This document shows positions 9,585 through 18,131 of a stretch of 64,000 nucleotides of DNA, in pieces. The DNA lies in NCBI GenBank assembly GCA_964347325.1, contig CAYFYA010000004.1, forward strand, positions 2,383-66,382, in the 5' to 3' direction. Source of the DNA: an uncultured Methanomassiliicoccales archaeon (GTDB lineage: Archaea; Thermoplasmatota; Thermoplasmata; RBG-16-68-12; JAJISG01). Both the position numbers and the translations under genes were made by a program. Position 1 is the first letter of the stretch; each line of letters starts with the position of its first letter. A model generated the notes under the pieces. The model saw only the letters and a list, made by a program, of their open reading frames with translations. It was not told the origin of the DNA and made no database searches.

Positions 9585-10537
9585 CCCTTTCCCAGGGTCT
9601 CCGCTCTCCGTCTCAGTCGGCTCCGGATCATACGTGCCAAGTCCTGATCATAGCCGTGGCACGTGTAGACGACCTTGGGGTTGCAGGCGTCCACAAACCA
9701 CAGCAGATCCGCGAAGTCCCCGTGATCACTTAGCGGAAACTGCGCGTCGACCGTATGGCTCCTGCTGAAGTCGAAGGTGGAACACCATCCTGAGGTGAAG
9801 GCCGTCTTCCCACCGGCATTCACCGCTTCCTGGACCTCTGGACTACCCGGCCTCCTAAGCATCCTGGAAGGTAGGACCAGGACGTAGGGCCCATCCTTCT
9901 CCTCAGTCGCGTCCCTGTAACGCGAATACCGGAGGTCGTGACCGTAGCTGTTATACACGTCTGCCAGGTCGGCGATCTTATCGTGCAGGAGGACCGGATG
10001 GTCCAGCCGGTTGCTGAGGGCAGTGAGCTCTTGCGCCTTCCCAAACTCGTAGGCTCCAAGGACGACGGGTCCGCTCTCCAGGGAGACCTCGAGCCAGGTC
10101 AAGAGGTCGTTGAGGACCTCGTCCTTCCTGGGGAAGGTGAACCTGGGCTTGCCATAGGTGGACTCGAGGATGAGGTAGTCGCACTCTTGGGGCTCACAGG
10201 TACCGCAGGTGGGGCCCCCGCTGGGGTTGACGTCCCCGGAGTAGAGGGCGTCCTCCACGCGTATCATGGCCGAACCGAAGACGTGACCGGCATCTAGGAG
10301 GGAGACGGCCATCCCGTTGACTTCCACCTCCTCCTTGTAGTCGACGCCCGTCCCCTCGCTCTTGCCTAGCCTCACCTTCATCACATCGAGGGTTTCGTGG
10401 GTCATGACGGCGCCGGGAGAGAGGTGGTCTAGGTGGCCGTGGCTGACCACGGAGTCTGGAAGCCTCCGCTTTGGGTCGAGGACGACCTCCTTCTCGCCAT
10501 CCTGGATCCGAATACCCTCGCGGTAGAAGATCCTCAT
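9575..10537 (-). CDS. Metallo-beta-lactamase fold hydrolase (small beta-CASP/RNA-processing-exonuclease-like)
   Basis: VSHGHLDH metal motif near the N-terminus, later DAGHVFGS, and C-terminal CHGYDQD. The ATG at 10537 overlaps the upstream gene's stop (ATGA). The track start at 10690 would overlap that gene. Confidence 0.7.
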   Translation of the reverse strand: MRIFYREGIRIQDGEKEVVLDPKRRLPDSVVSHGHLDHLSPGAVMTHETLDVMKVRLGKSEGTGVDYKEEVEVNGMAVSLLDAGHVFGSAMIRVEDALYSGDVNPSGGPTCGTCEPQECDYLILESTYGKPRFTFPRKDEVLNDLLTWLEVSLESGPVVLGAYEFGKAQELTALSNRLDHPVLLHDKIADLADVYNSYGHDLRYSRYRDATEEKDGPYVLVLPSRMLRRPGSPEVQEAVNAGGKTAFTSGWCSTFDFSRSHTVDAQFPLSDHGDFADLLWFVDACNPKVVYTCHGYDQDLARMIRSRLRRRAETLGKGWF

Positions 10538-10932
10538 TGCGATTTCCTCGTGAATATGTACCTCGTCGGAACACGGCGCTTCAGTCCGGTCCAGTAGGGG
10601 CAGTACTCGCATCGGTAGCCGAGGTTCACGGTCCCGCCGAAGACTGTCATGTTCTTGACCAGCTTCAGGCGGTGTCCGCAGACAGGACAATTGAAGAGGC
10701 TCTTAAGCTCGTGGGTCTCGCGACACTCGATCTCCATTCCCACGAGGCCGGAGCCGTACGCGATTTTCCGGGCCCGAGGACCGCTGACCAGGTAGTCCCC
10801 GTCCTTGGCCATAACCCTCTCTAGGAGGGCCTTGAGCTCCCTCTGGGAGGAGATTACCCGCCGCTTGCCGAGGACCTGCTTCAACGCCCTCAGAACCCTC
10901 CGCTTCGAGGGGATGTGATACCCCGGCATCAC
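10534..10932 (-). CDS. Zinc-ribbon protein (hypothetical), translationally coupled to the MBL hydrolase
   Basis: 132 aa with CPVCGH...CEYCPYW. There is a 4-nt ATGA overlap with the downstream gene. Confidence 0.55.
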   Translation of the reverse strand: MMPGYHIPSKRRVLRALKQVLGKRRVISSQRELKALLERVMAKDGDYLVSGPRARKIAYGSGLVGMEIECRETHELKSLFNCPVCGHRLKLVKNMTVFGGTVNLGYRCEYCPYWTGLKRRVPTRYIFTRKSQ

Positions 10933-11070
10933 GAACCAAATGCCTAGAGTTGGTTAAAGATTTCGTGGGTTCTGGCCAGGGCGACTCTTTAACTATGTGG
11001 TGGCTCTACGGGTTGTCAACCGCGAAAGTGGCGGAGGTGGCTGTTCATCCCCCGAAGGAGGCTCATCATC

Positions 11071-12406
11071 ATGGGTGCCGCCGGACGGGACAGCGTCGAA
11101 GGAAACCTTTCGATGCCCCGCTTTCCACAACTACAACGTCTGCTATCGGGATAGGGAGAAGTACGAGGTGGTGGCCTTCACGGCCACCCAGATCCCGAAC
11201 ATCGAGGACAGGCGGTACCCACCGAGCCTAGCTGGAAGCCTCTATCCTGAGGGCATTCCCATCCACCCTGAGAAGGACCTTCCGGAGCTCATTCGAGACC
11301 TCGAGGTGGACGAGGTGGTCTTCTCCTACAGCGACGTCTCGTATGAGCACGTCGGCCGTTGCTCTGCCATCGTCAACGCCGCGGGCGCAGATTTTACCCT
11401 CTTGGGGCCCAAGAGGACGATGCTGAAGACCGACACCCCTGTCATCGCAGTCTGCGCCGTCCGGACGGGCTCGGGGAAGAGCCAGACCACGAGGAGAGTC
11501 GCCTCCTATCTGCAGACCTGGGGAAGGAATGTGGTCATAGTCCGCCATCCGATGCCCTACGGAAACCTGGAGGACCAGGCCGTGCAGAGGTTTGCGTCCT
11601 TCGAGGACCTGGACAGACACAAGTGCACCATAGAGGAGCGGGAGGAGTACGAACCCCACGTGGAGAAGGGGATCGTGGTGTACGCTGGAGTCGACTACGA
11701 GGCCATCCTGACGGAGGCCGAGAGAGAGGCCGAGATCATCTTGTGGGACGGGGGTAACAACGACTTCCCCTTCTTTGACCCGGACCTCCACATAGTCCTG
11801 GTGGACCCCCACAGGCCAGGGGACGAGCTCACATACTACCCTGGGGAGGCGAACCTCCGTGCAGCCGATGTCGTCATAATCAACAAGGTGAATACGGCCA
11901 AGCACGAGGACCTGGAGCGGGTCCGCCACAGCGTGTCCACGACGAATCCCTCCGCCACCGTTATCGAGGCAGCCTCGCCAATAACCGTCTCACAGGAGGA
12001 GCCGATCCGAAACCAGCGTGTACTCGTGGTGGAAGACGGACCCACCCTCACCCATGGCAACATGGAGTACGGGGCTGCTTGGCTAGCCGCCAAGAAGTAC
12101 GGAGCAGGGGAGATTATCGACCCGCGTCCCTTCGCGGTGGGAAGCATCAAGCGGGCCTTCAACAAGTACTCCCATTTGCGTGAGGTCCTACCTGCCATGG
12201 GGTACGGGAAGAGGCAGATGAAGGAGCTTGAGGATACCATCAACGCGGCAGATTGCGACCTCGTCCTCAGCGGAACTCCCATAGATCTGGGGCGCGTGGT
12301 CGCGTCCAACAAGCCAATCATCAGAGTAACTTACGAGTTGCAGGAGATCGGGAGGCCGAACCTCGAGGAGGTGCTGGGCGAGTTCCTGGAGCGGATGGAC
12401 GTCTGA
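11071..12406 (+). CDS. Predicted P-loop GTPase (COG2403 / cyclic 2,3-diphosphoglycerate synthetase-like family). Proposed coding sequence is join(11071..11091,11123..12406).
   Basis: The body contains YEVVAFTATQIP, VVFSYSDVSYEHV and the P-loop AVRTGSGKSQTT. An ATG at 11071 with AGGAG 11 nt upstream encodes MGAAGRD in a different frame from the body. Removing 31 nt joins the two frames. Confidence 0.7.
11092..11122 (+). other. Candidate bulge-helix-bulge (BHB) intron inside a protein-coding gene
   Basis: Outer helix 11083-85/11124-26. Bulge CUU at 11121-23. A 4-bp helix at 11086-89/11117-20. Bulge ACA at 11090-92. A 10-bp inner helix at 11093-102/11107-116 with an AAAC loop. The predicted junctions fall between nt 2 and 3 of both bulges. 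Confidence 0.55.
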
Positions 12407-12520
12407 TGTACATCGCCTTCATAAATGGGCCGCTCTTCCGGGGGAGAGCGAGACCCTTGGGTTGTCAAGGGTTTCCTTAGTCCCCCACGCTTCCTGCTCT
12501 CGCGGTCGGGACTTGGAGCT

Positions 12521-12530
12521 AACTTTATGC
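12521..12530 (+). promoter_or_regulatory. TATA-like box (AACTTTATGC) about 32 nt upstream of tRNA-Leu
   Basis: Isolated AT-rich element at the canonical archaeal distance from the tRNA 5' end. Confidence 0.45.
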
Positions 12531-12557
12531 GTCCGCCCCTTCATGTCTGACCCAGAA

Positions 12558-12642
12558 GCGAGGGTAGCCAAGCCAGGCCAAAGGCGGCAGACTCAAGATC
12601 TGTTCCCATAGGGGTTCCCAGGTTCAAATCCTGGCCCTCGCA
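12558..12642 (+). tRNA. tRNA-Leu (anticodon CAA), long variable arm, no intron
   Basis: GCGAGGG acceptor pairs with CCCTCGC. The anticodon arm is GCAGA-CTCAAGA-TCTGT and the T arm is CCAGG-TTCAAAT-CCTGG. Confidence 0.9.
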
Positions 12643-12740
12643 CTTCCCCCGCTTGCCTCCCCTGACCCGGCCGAGGCATTGCGGCAGGCGCCAAAGCTAA
12701 GAGACTGGAGCCGTTATGGAGGCTGGGTTGGAGGAGCGCG

Positions 12741-12938
12741 ATGGACCCTCGTTCCCTCTTCCGGGACTGGGGAATCTGGGGCTGGACCTGGGCCCTCGGC
12801 TGGTTCGGATTCGTCCTTGGCCTCGTCATGATACCGGACGTAGTCAGCGGGAGCGCCCCGTTCTCAATCCTCTTCCTCCCCGTGGGTGGTGCTGCCCTGA
12901 TGTTGACATCTTCGCACCAGGCCCTGAAGGCCACATGA
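12741..12938 (+). CDS. Small Trp-rich two-TM membrane protein (hypothetical)
   Basis: 65 aa: WGIWGWTWALGWFGFVLGLVMIP and FSILFLPVGGAALMLTS. Its TGA overlaps the ATG of the next gene (ATGA at 12935-12938). Confidence 0.5.
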   Translation: MDPRSLFRDWGIWGWTWALGWFGFVLGLVMIPDVVSGSAPFSILFLPVGGAALMLTSSHQALKAT

Positions 12939-13435
12939 GAAAGCAATATCTACCTCGGGGCTTTCCACACTGGGATTCCATGGCCTTCGAGATTACCGTC
13001 ATCAGCAACGTCCCTCTGACCCCAATTAAGGATATTGAGGAGGTAGCCCTCACTTTCCTCCGCCAGGTCGGCTATCTATCTCGCGGCGGGGGACCCATCG
13101 CGGAGAAGGACTTCAGGGAGAGCATCCCCTTTCGGCTCTTCGTGGAGCACTTCCTGAAGACTATGGATCGGGGCCAGACGGTAGAGCAGATGTCGGCTAG
13201 GTTGAAGACCACCAAGGCCACGGTCTACAGGCATATAAGCAAGCTGAAGTCTCTAGACATACTAGAAGAGGTGGAGGTGAGGATGCCCGACGGAGTGAGG
13301 AAGGGTTACCGAATTCGCTACGGAAGCCTCGCCAAGGCTTGGAATTTCGTCGAGGCTCACGTGCAGGTGGCCATGGAGCACTATCGCGAGACGGTGGAGC
13401 ACCTCCAGCGTCTATCGGAGGGAGGAGTTTCATGA
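12935..13435 (+). CDS. Winged-helix (ArsR/TrmB-like) transcriptional regulator
   Basis: QTVEQMSARLKTTKATVYRHISKLKSLDILEEVE is an HTH plus wing. The longer track ORF (12716) overlaps the small membrane ORF and has a low-complexity N-terminus. Confidence 0.65.
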   Translation: MRKQYLPRGFPHWDSMAFEITVISNVPLTPIKDIEEVALTFLRQVGYLSRGGGPIAEKDFRESIPFRLFVEHFLKTMDRGQTVEQMSARLKTTKATVYRHISKLKSLDILEEVEVRMPDGVRKGYRIRYGSLAKAWNFVEAHVQVAMEHYRETVEHLQRLSEGGVS

Positions 13436-13716
13436 GGCCGAAGGATCCAGAGAAGACGTTCGTTCTTACAAAGGGCTCGAAGTACAAGATCATCTCCGCG
13501 GAGACCCGCGATAGGCCGATGGAGACCGTGGGAACCTTCAAGGGTTTCACCACCATCGGGCCCGACGAGGCCTTCGTCCTGGAGTTGGATGAGAGCCATG
13601 GCGACCTCGCGGGGAAGACCCGAATCGTACCTCTCCACATGGTCCTCGCCATCGACGTTATCGAGGTCGTGGAGGAAGAGGAGGAGGCCAGCCAGCCGGA
13701 GAAGATGTTCGGCTAG
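13432..13716 (+). CDS. Hypothetical 94-aa protein with an acidic tail, coupled to the regulator
   Basis: ATGA overlap at 13432-13435. The ORF begins MRPKDPEKTFVLTKGSKYKII and ends in an EEEEE tail. Confidence 0.5.
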   Translation: MRPKDPEKTFVLTKGSKYKIISAETRDRPMETVGTFKGFTTIGPDEAFVLELDESHGDLAGKTRIVPLHMVLAIDVIEVVEEEEEASQPEKMFG

Positions 13717-15353
13717 AGGCCGAAGGGCAGCCAGCCTGCACTGAGGGCCGTAAGAATCAGGCCCAGGATGAGCACAAACACCGAGGCTGCCAGCTTCAGT
13801 GGAGCCGTGTACGTCTTGAGGCTCCGACTGTCGTACTTCATCCGGTAGATTTCGAGGTACGGGATGACCCGACGCCTGTACCAGCCCTCTACCTCGACCT
13901 CCTTTCCTACCTTCTCTCGTGTCGCGAATATTCCAACCAGGACGTCCACCAGGCGGGACACCTGGTGGTAATCGAGGAGGAGGAGACCGGTACCGTCGTC
14001 GAGCTTGAGATCCTCTGACCAGAAGAGACCTGGCTGCCCCCTACCGATAATCTGTCCAGTTACCTTCGCTCCACGACCCTTGATGGGGCTCGCCTTTGGA
14101 TCTGTGAGGAGGTCCAGCACCTTGCCCTCTGGAAACCTCTTAGGATACCTGTAGAAGCGAAGGTAGAACGTCAGGACGAGACCCAGCGTCAGGAGGAAAG
14201 ATCCGATGGCCAGCAGGATGTCCCCCGTGTAGAGGTACGCTAGAACCCCGACGGGCAGGGACACCAGCCACGACAGCTTGGCGAGAATGTCCTTCAGGAA
14301 GTCGTCCCAGTAAGTCTCCGGCTTTTCCAGATCGAACTGGATGTAGGGGAATTGCCCCATCTCCTCTGCTCTCGTGCCGAGGGCTGCCACTCGCTTCGCG
14401 GTCAGGGGATGGGTCATCCCGAGCTCAAGGAAGAAGGCCCAGGGATTCCAGAGGTCCCAGGCCATGACCTGCTTTATCCTCTCCTTATTGACCCGCCCCA
14501 TCCTGTCGGCCGCCATGGCCGCGATGGCTCGGGACGACTTCGGACTCGAAATCATCAGAGTGCTCTCGTATCTGTTGTGGTCCTTCTCCGACTTCTCCCC
14601 CCTACCCTCCTTGGCTAGGCCGTAGGCGATGGTGAGCAAAGCGCTGGAGAGGGCGTTCGGGTTCCGGCTCGCGTCGGCGGAGAAGGAGTCTGCGTAGTAC
14701 TCCCGGAACCGGCCGACCATGAGGGCAATGAGGTTGCTTATCAGATAGACCAGGTAAGAGACAAGGGCAACGACGAGGATCGCGGCCGCCCCGCCTCCCT
14801 TCTGCTTGCCCGCACCGGCGAACCGAACGCTGTAGATGGCACCCCTGAAGACTACGTAGAGCAGCAGTGGGACGGCGGCGACGATGGTCATGATGACGAA
14901 GTCGTTGTTGTAGATATGCCCCAGCTCGTGTGCTAGGACCGCCTCCCTCTCCTCGGGGCCGCAGTACTTCATAATCCCTCGGGTGAGGACAACGTGGGCC
15001 TTCCGTCGCGTCCACCCAAAGGCGAAGGCATTGGGGTTGTTGTCCTCGATGATTCCGAAGGCAGGCACCGGGATCCCGCGCTCCTGGCAGGTCCTCTCCA
15101 TGAAGTCTGCCAAGTCGGGATCCACGGCTCGGGGTTCGGTCCATCGGATGTCGTAGATGAACTTGATGATGTAGGGGGCGACGCCCCACTGGAGGAGGAC
15201 GACGCCGAGGGCGATGGCGGCCGGGATGACTATGATGTAGATACCCGTGATTATGCCCTGAAGCATGAGCCAGTAGGCCACGGCCATGAGGAGGGCAAAG
15301 AGCAACCCGAAGAGGGAGATGATTGCCAGAGCCATTCGGGTCTTCAGACCCAT
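13713..15353 (-). CDS. M48-family (HtpX-like) zinc metalloprotease with extra transmembrane and C-terminal domains
   Basis: HELGH zinc motif (LAHELGHIYNND) and multiple TM segments at both ends. 546 aa. Confidence 0.8.
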   Translation of the reverse strand: MGLKTRMALAIISLFGLLFALLMAVAYWLMLQGIITGIYIIVIPAAIALGVVLLQWGVAPYIIKFIYDIRWTEPRAVDPDLADFMERTCQERGIPVPAFGIIEDNNPNAFAFGWTRRKAHVVLTRGIMKYCGPEEREAVLAHELGHIYNNDFVIMTIVAAVPLLLYVVFRGAIYSVRFAGAGKQKGGGAAAILVVALVSYLVYLISNLIALMVGRFREYYADSFSADASRNPNALSSALLTIAYGLAKEGRGEKSEKDHNRYESTLMISSPKSSRAIAAMAADRMGRVNKERIKQVMAWDLWNPWAFFLELGMTHPLTAKRVAALGTRAEEMGQFPYIQFDLEKPETYWDDFLKDILAKLSWLVSLPVGVLAYLYTGDILLAIGSFLLTLGLVLTFYLRFYRYPKRFPEGKVLDLLTDPKASPIKGRGAKVTGQIIGRGQPGLFWSEDLKLDDGTGLLLLDYHQVSRLVDVLVGIFATREKVGKEVEVEGWYRRRVIPYLEIYRMKYDSRSLKTYTAPLKLAASVFVLILGLILTALSAGWLPFGL

Positions 15354-15392
15354 GGTGCCCTCATCACAGGCGAAGGCAAAAAGGTTGCCAGA

Positions 15393-15764
15393 CTAGAAAC
15401 AGGGATCGAAGTTCAGCTTGAAAGCGGGGAAGATGCCCTCCGACTCCTCCTTGAAGCGCCTGATCTCCTCCGTCAACTGACGGTAGACACCCTCCTCCTG
15501 GGACGCTATCTCAAGAAGGCGATCCCTCAACCTCCCGCTCACCCGGTTCCTCCCCTCGCGTCCCAGACTTGCACGGGCATCCATGACCTTCGTCTGCAGC
15601 TCGATTAGAGAGGCGGCCACCGGGGGGGCGACGACGAAGCCCATGGCGCTCCATGTTTGAAGAAAGAGGACGAAGGTATTGATCTCCCGAACCAGCATCC
15701 TCAACCAGTTGGCCGTCTCTCTCGAGGTCTCAGGTAACGATACCTGGTCAGTGTCTCCCGCCAT
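15393..15764 (-). CDS. Hypothetical protein upstream of the M48 protease
   Basis: 123-aa ORF on the same strand, 39 nt from the protease start. I recognised no motif. Confidence 0.4.
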   Translation of the reverse strand: MAGDTDQVSLPETSRETANWLRMLVREINTFVLFLQTWSAMGFVVAPPVAASLIELQTKVMDARASLGREGRNRVSGRLRDRLLEIASQEEGVYRQLTEEIRRFKEESEGIFPAFKLNFDPCF

Positions 15765-15835
15765 GGACCTCCAGTGAAGCTGGTGCTGACTATAACCTTA
15801 ACACTATTTAGAGTCCGAGGCATTCATCCCAGTCC

Positions 15836-17362
15836 ATGGAGCCGCTGGCTGAGCTGGCAGACCGTGTCCTCGCGGGGGAGCTGACGAGCGGCGAGGAGCT
15901 CCACAGGGCGAAACTCGAGATCTGCCGAACCCACGGCTTGGAGAGGGTGCCAGGCAACCATGAGCTGCTGAGATACGTGCCTCGAGAGAAGCGGGATTCT
16001 CTCACTCTCCTGAAGAAGAAGCCGGTCCGCACGGCCTCGGGAGTGGCCGTCGTTGCTCTCATGACCTCCCCCGCTCCCTGTCCCCACGGAAAGTGCATCT
16101 ACTGTCCCGGTGGGGTGGACTGGGGGACGCCCCAGTCCTACACCGGAGCCGAGCCCGCCGCCATGAGGGCTATCCAGCACGAGTTCGATCCCGTTGCTCA
16201 GACTGAGGCGCGGCTAGCACAGCTTCACCACATCGGCCACAAGACGGACAAGGTGGACCTCATCATAATCGGTGGCACCTTCACCTCTAGGTCCGAGAGC
16301 TATAGGGAGTCCTTCGTCAAGGGGTGCCTTGAGGCGCTCAACGGGCGACGCTCCTCGTCCCTTCGGGAGGCCCAACGCCTCAACGAGGCGGCCAATCACA
16401 GGTGTATAGGCCTGACCATCGAGACGAAGCCAGACTGCTTCATCGGCGCTGAGGTGGACCACAGCCTCCGACTGGGGGTGACGCGGGTTGAGCTGGGCGT
16501 CCAGAGCCTCTACGAGGATGTTCTAGGTTCGGTGAACCGGGGCCACGGGCTGCGGGAGGTGGTCGAGGCCACTCGGAGGGCCAAGGATGCGGGCTTGAAG
16601 GTTGGGTACCACATGATGCCAGGCCTGCCTGGCTCTGACTTCGAACGGGATCTGCACGCTCTAAAGCAGCTCTTCGCCGAGCCGAGGTATCGACCGGACA
16701 TGCTGAAGATTTACCCCGCTCTGGTGATCGAAGGAACGGGCCTACATGAGATGTGGAAGAGGGGGGAGTACGAGCCGTTGGATAGTGAGGCGGCGGCCCG
16801 CCTCCTCGCCGAGGCGAAGCGCCACATTCCGCCCTACGTGAGGGTCCTCAGAATCCAGAGAGAGATCCCGGCAAATGAGATCGTCGCAGGCGTCAAGAGG
16901 GGTGATCTCAGGAGGCGCATCAGGCAGATCATGGAGGAGACGGGGCACAGGTGTCGCTGCATCCGTTGCAGGGAAGCGGGCCTCAAGACGGTGAAAGTGA
17001 ACCCGGAGGATGTGAAGCTGGGCATGACCGAGTATGAGAGTTCAGGAGGGACTGAGGTCTTCCTCAGCTTCGAGGACTTCGACAGGGAGGTCCTCATCGG
17101 GTATGCAAGGCTGCGCCTCGCTGCCAGAGCCATCCTGAGGGAACTCAAAGTCTTTGGCCAGATGGTGCCCTTTGACGACAGACCGGGGCCCAGGTGGCAG
17201 CATCGGGGATATGGGAAGACGTTGATGACTCATTGCCAGTCACTGACTGAAGACTCTGGCTACGAAGAGCTCTTCGTGACCAGTGGAGTGGGCGTCCGCG
17301 GCTACTACAGGAAGCTAGGCTACGAGCTCAGGGTTCCCTACATGGTCAAGAAGCTCGCGTAG
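15836..17362 (+). CDS. elp3: Elp3-type radical SAM/GNAT tRNA uridine(34) modification enzyme
   Basis: Radical SAM cluster CPHGKCIYCPGG and a C-terminal acetyltransferase motif QHRGYGKTLM. 508 aa. Confidence 0.88.
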   Translation: MEPLAELADRVLAGELTSGEELHRAKLEICRTHGLERVPGNHELLRYVPREKRDSLTLLKKKPVRTASGVAVVALMTSPAPCPHGKCIYCPGGVDWGTPQSYTGAEPAAMRAIQHEFDPVAQTEARLAQLHHIGHKTDKVDLIIIGGTFTSRSESYRESFVKGCLEALNGRRSSSLREAQRLNEAANHRCIGLTIETKPDCFIGAEVDHSLRLGVTRVELGVQSLYEDVLGSVNRGHGLREVVEATRRAKDAGLKVGYHMMPGLPGSDFERDLHALKQLFAEPRYRPDMLKIYPALVIEGTGLHEMWKRGEYEPLDSEAAARLLAEAKRHIPPYVRVLRIQREIPANEIVAGVKRGDLRRRIRQIMEETGHRCRCIRCREAGLKTVKVNPEDVKLGMTEYESSGGTEVFLSFEDFDREVLIGYARLRLAARAILRELKVFGQMVPFDDRPGPRWQHRGYGKTLMTHCQSLTEDSGYEELFVTSGVGVRGYYRKLGYELRVPYMVKKLA

Positions 17363-18131
17363 CCTCCCCCACGCTCCTGACGAACTCTCCGAGTTTCATT
17401 CCCCGCCTCTTGGCTAAGGCCTTCATGTGCCTCGTGACGCCGGAGCCGTATTGAGCGGCCTTTTTCGGGCGCGAAACCACCTTGGGAGGCAGTCCCAAGA
17501 GTGTGGCCACGTCCCGCAGAAGGGCCTTGCCCTCGGGCCTTCTCCGGAGCTCAGGTTCCACCGGCAGGACCTCTTCCATGACCCTTGCATGGCAATAGGG
17601 CAGCCTCAGCTCCCTGCCGCAGAAGCGGGCCATGGCGTCCTCCCTGGGGAGGGTCTCCCGAATGAGCTTCTCTAGGTCCTTCTCCATGGCCCCACGCAGA
17701 CTAGCGCCATTGAGCTTCTCATATCTGGCGTAGCCTCCAAAGAGCTCATCCGCGCCCTGGCCTGCAAGGATGACCCTGTCTTCGCACCTCTGGAGCGTCA
17801 CCCAGAGAGGGAGCTCGAAGCTGAGGGACAGAGGGTCCAGGCCTGGAAACCTGACCAACAGGCCTCTGATAGCTTCCATCAGCAGTTCATCATCCAAGTG
17901 TAGTGCCACCCACGACAGGCCCAGAGACTGGGAGGCCTCAAGCGCGTTGAGAAGGTCTTGGGAATCGGGGTAACCTGCGGTATACAGCGTAACATCCGTC
18001 ACGTCGCTGGCCAACCCCGCGAGAACGGAGCTGTCGAGTCCTCCCGAGAAGGCCAGGCTGACCGATTCAGCCTGAGAACAGCAATCGCGCGTAGCCTGCC
18101 TCAGCGCCTCGAGGACTCTCTCGGTTCTCAA
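17346..18131 (-). CDS. PP-loop ATP pyrophosphatase, asparagine synthetase C-terminal-domain-like
   Basis: SGGxDS motif (AFSGGLDSSVLAG) and GQGADELFGGY. It overlaps the GlyRS stop by 4 nt. Confidence 0.7.
   Translation of the reverse strand: MRTERVLEALRQATRDCCSQAESVSLAFSGGLDSSVLAGLASDVTDVTLYTAGYPDSQDLLNALEASQSLGLSWVALHLDDELLMEAIRGLLVRFPGLDPLSLSFELPLWVTLQRCEDRVILAGQGADELFGGYARYEKLNGASLRGAMEKDLEKLIRETLPREDAMARFCGRELRLPYCHARVMEEVLPVEPELRRRPEGKALLRDVATLLGLPPKVVSRPKKAAQYGSGVTRHMKALAKRRGMKLGEFVRSVGEATRAS

Noticed and set aside
10997-11122. GTG-initiated 42-aa N-terminal extension of the GTPase ORF as the real N-terminus
   Set aside because: The segment is low-complexity (GGGGCSSPEGGSSS). It has no recognisable ribosome-binding context. 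It overlaps an ATG+AGGAG-initiated MGAAGRD reading frame that joins perfectly to the conserved body once the 31-nt BHB element is removed.
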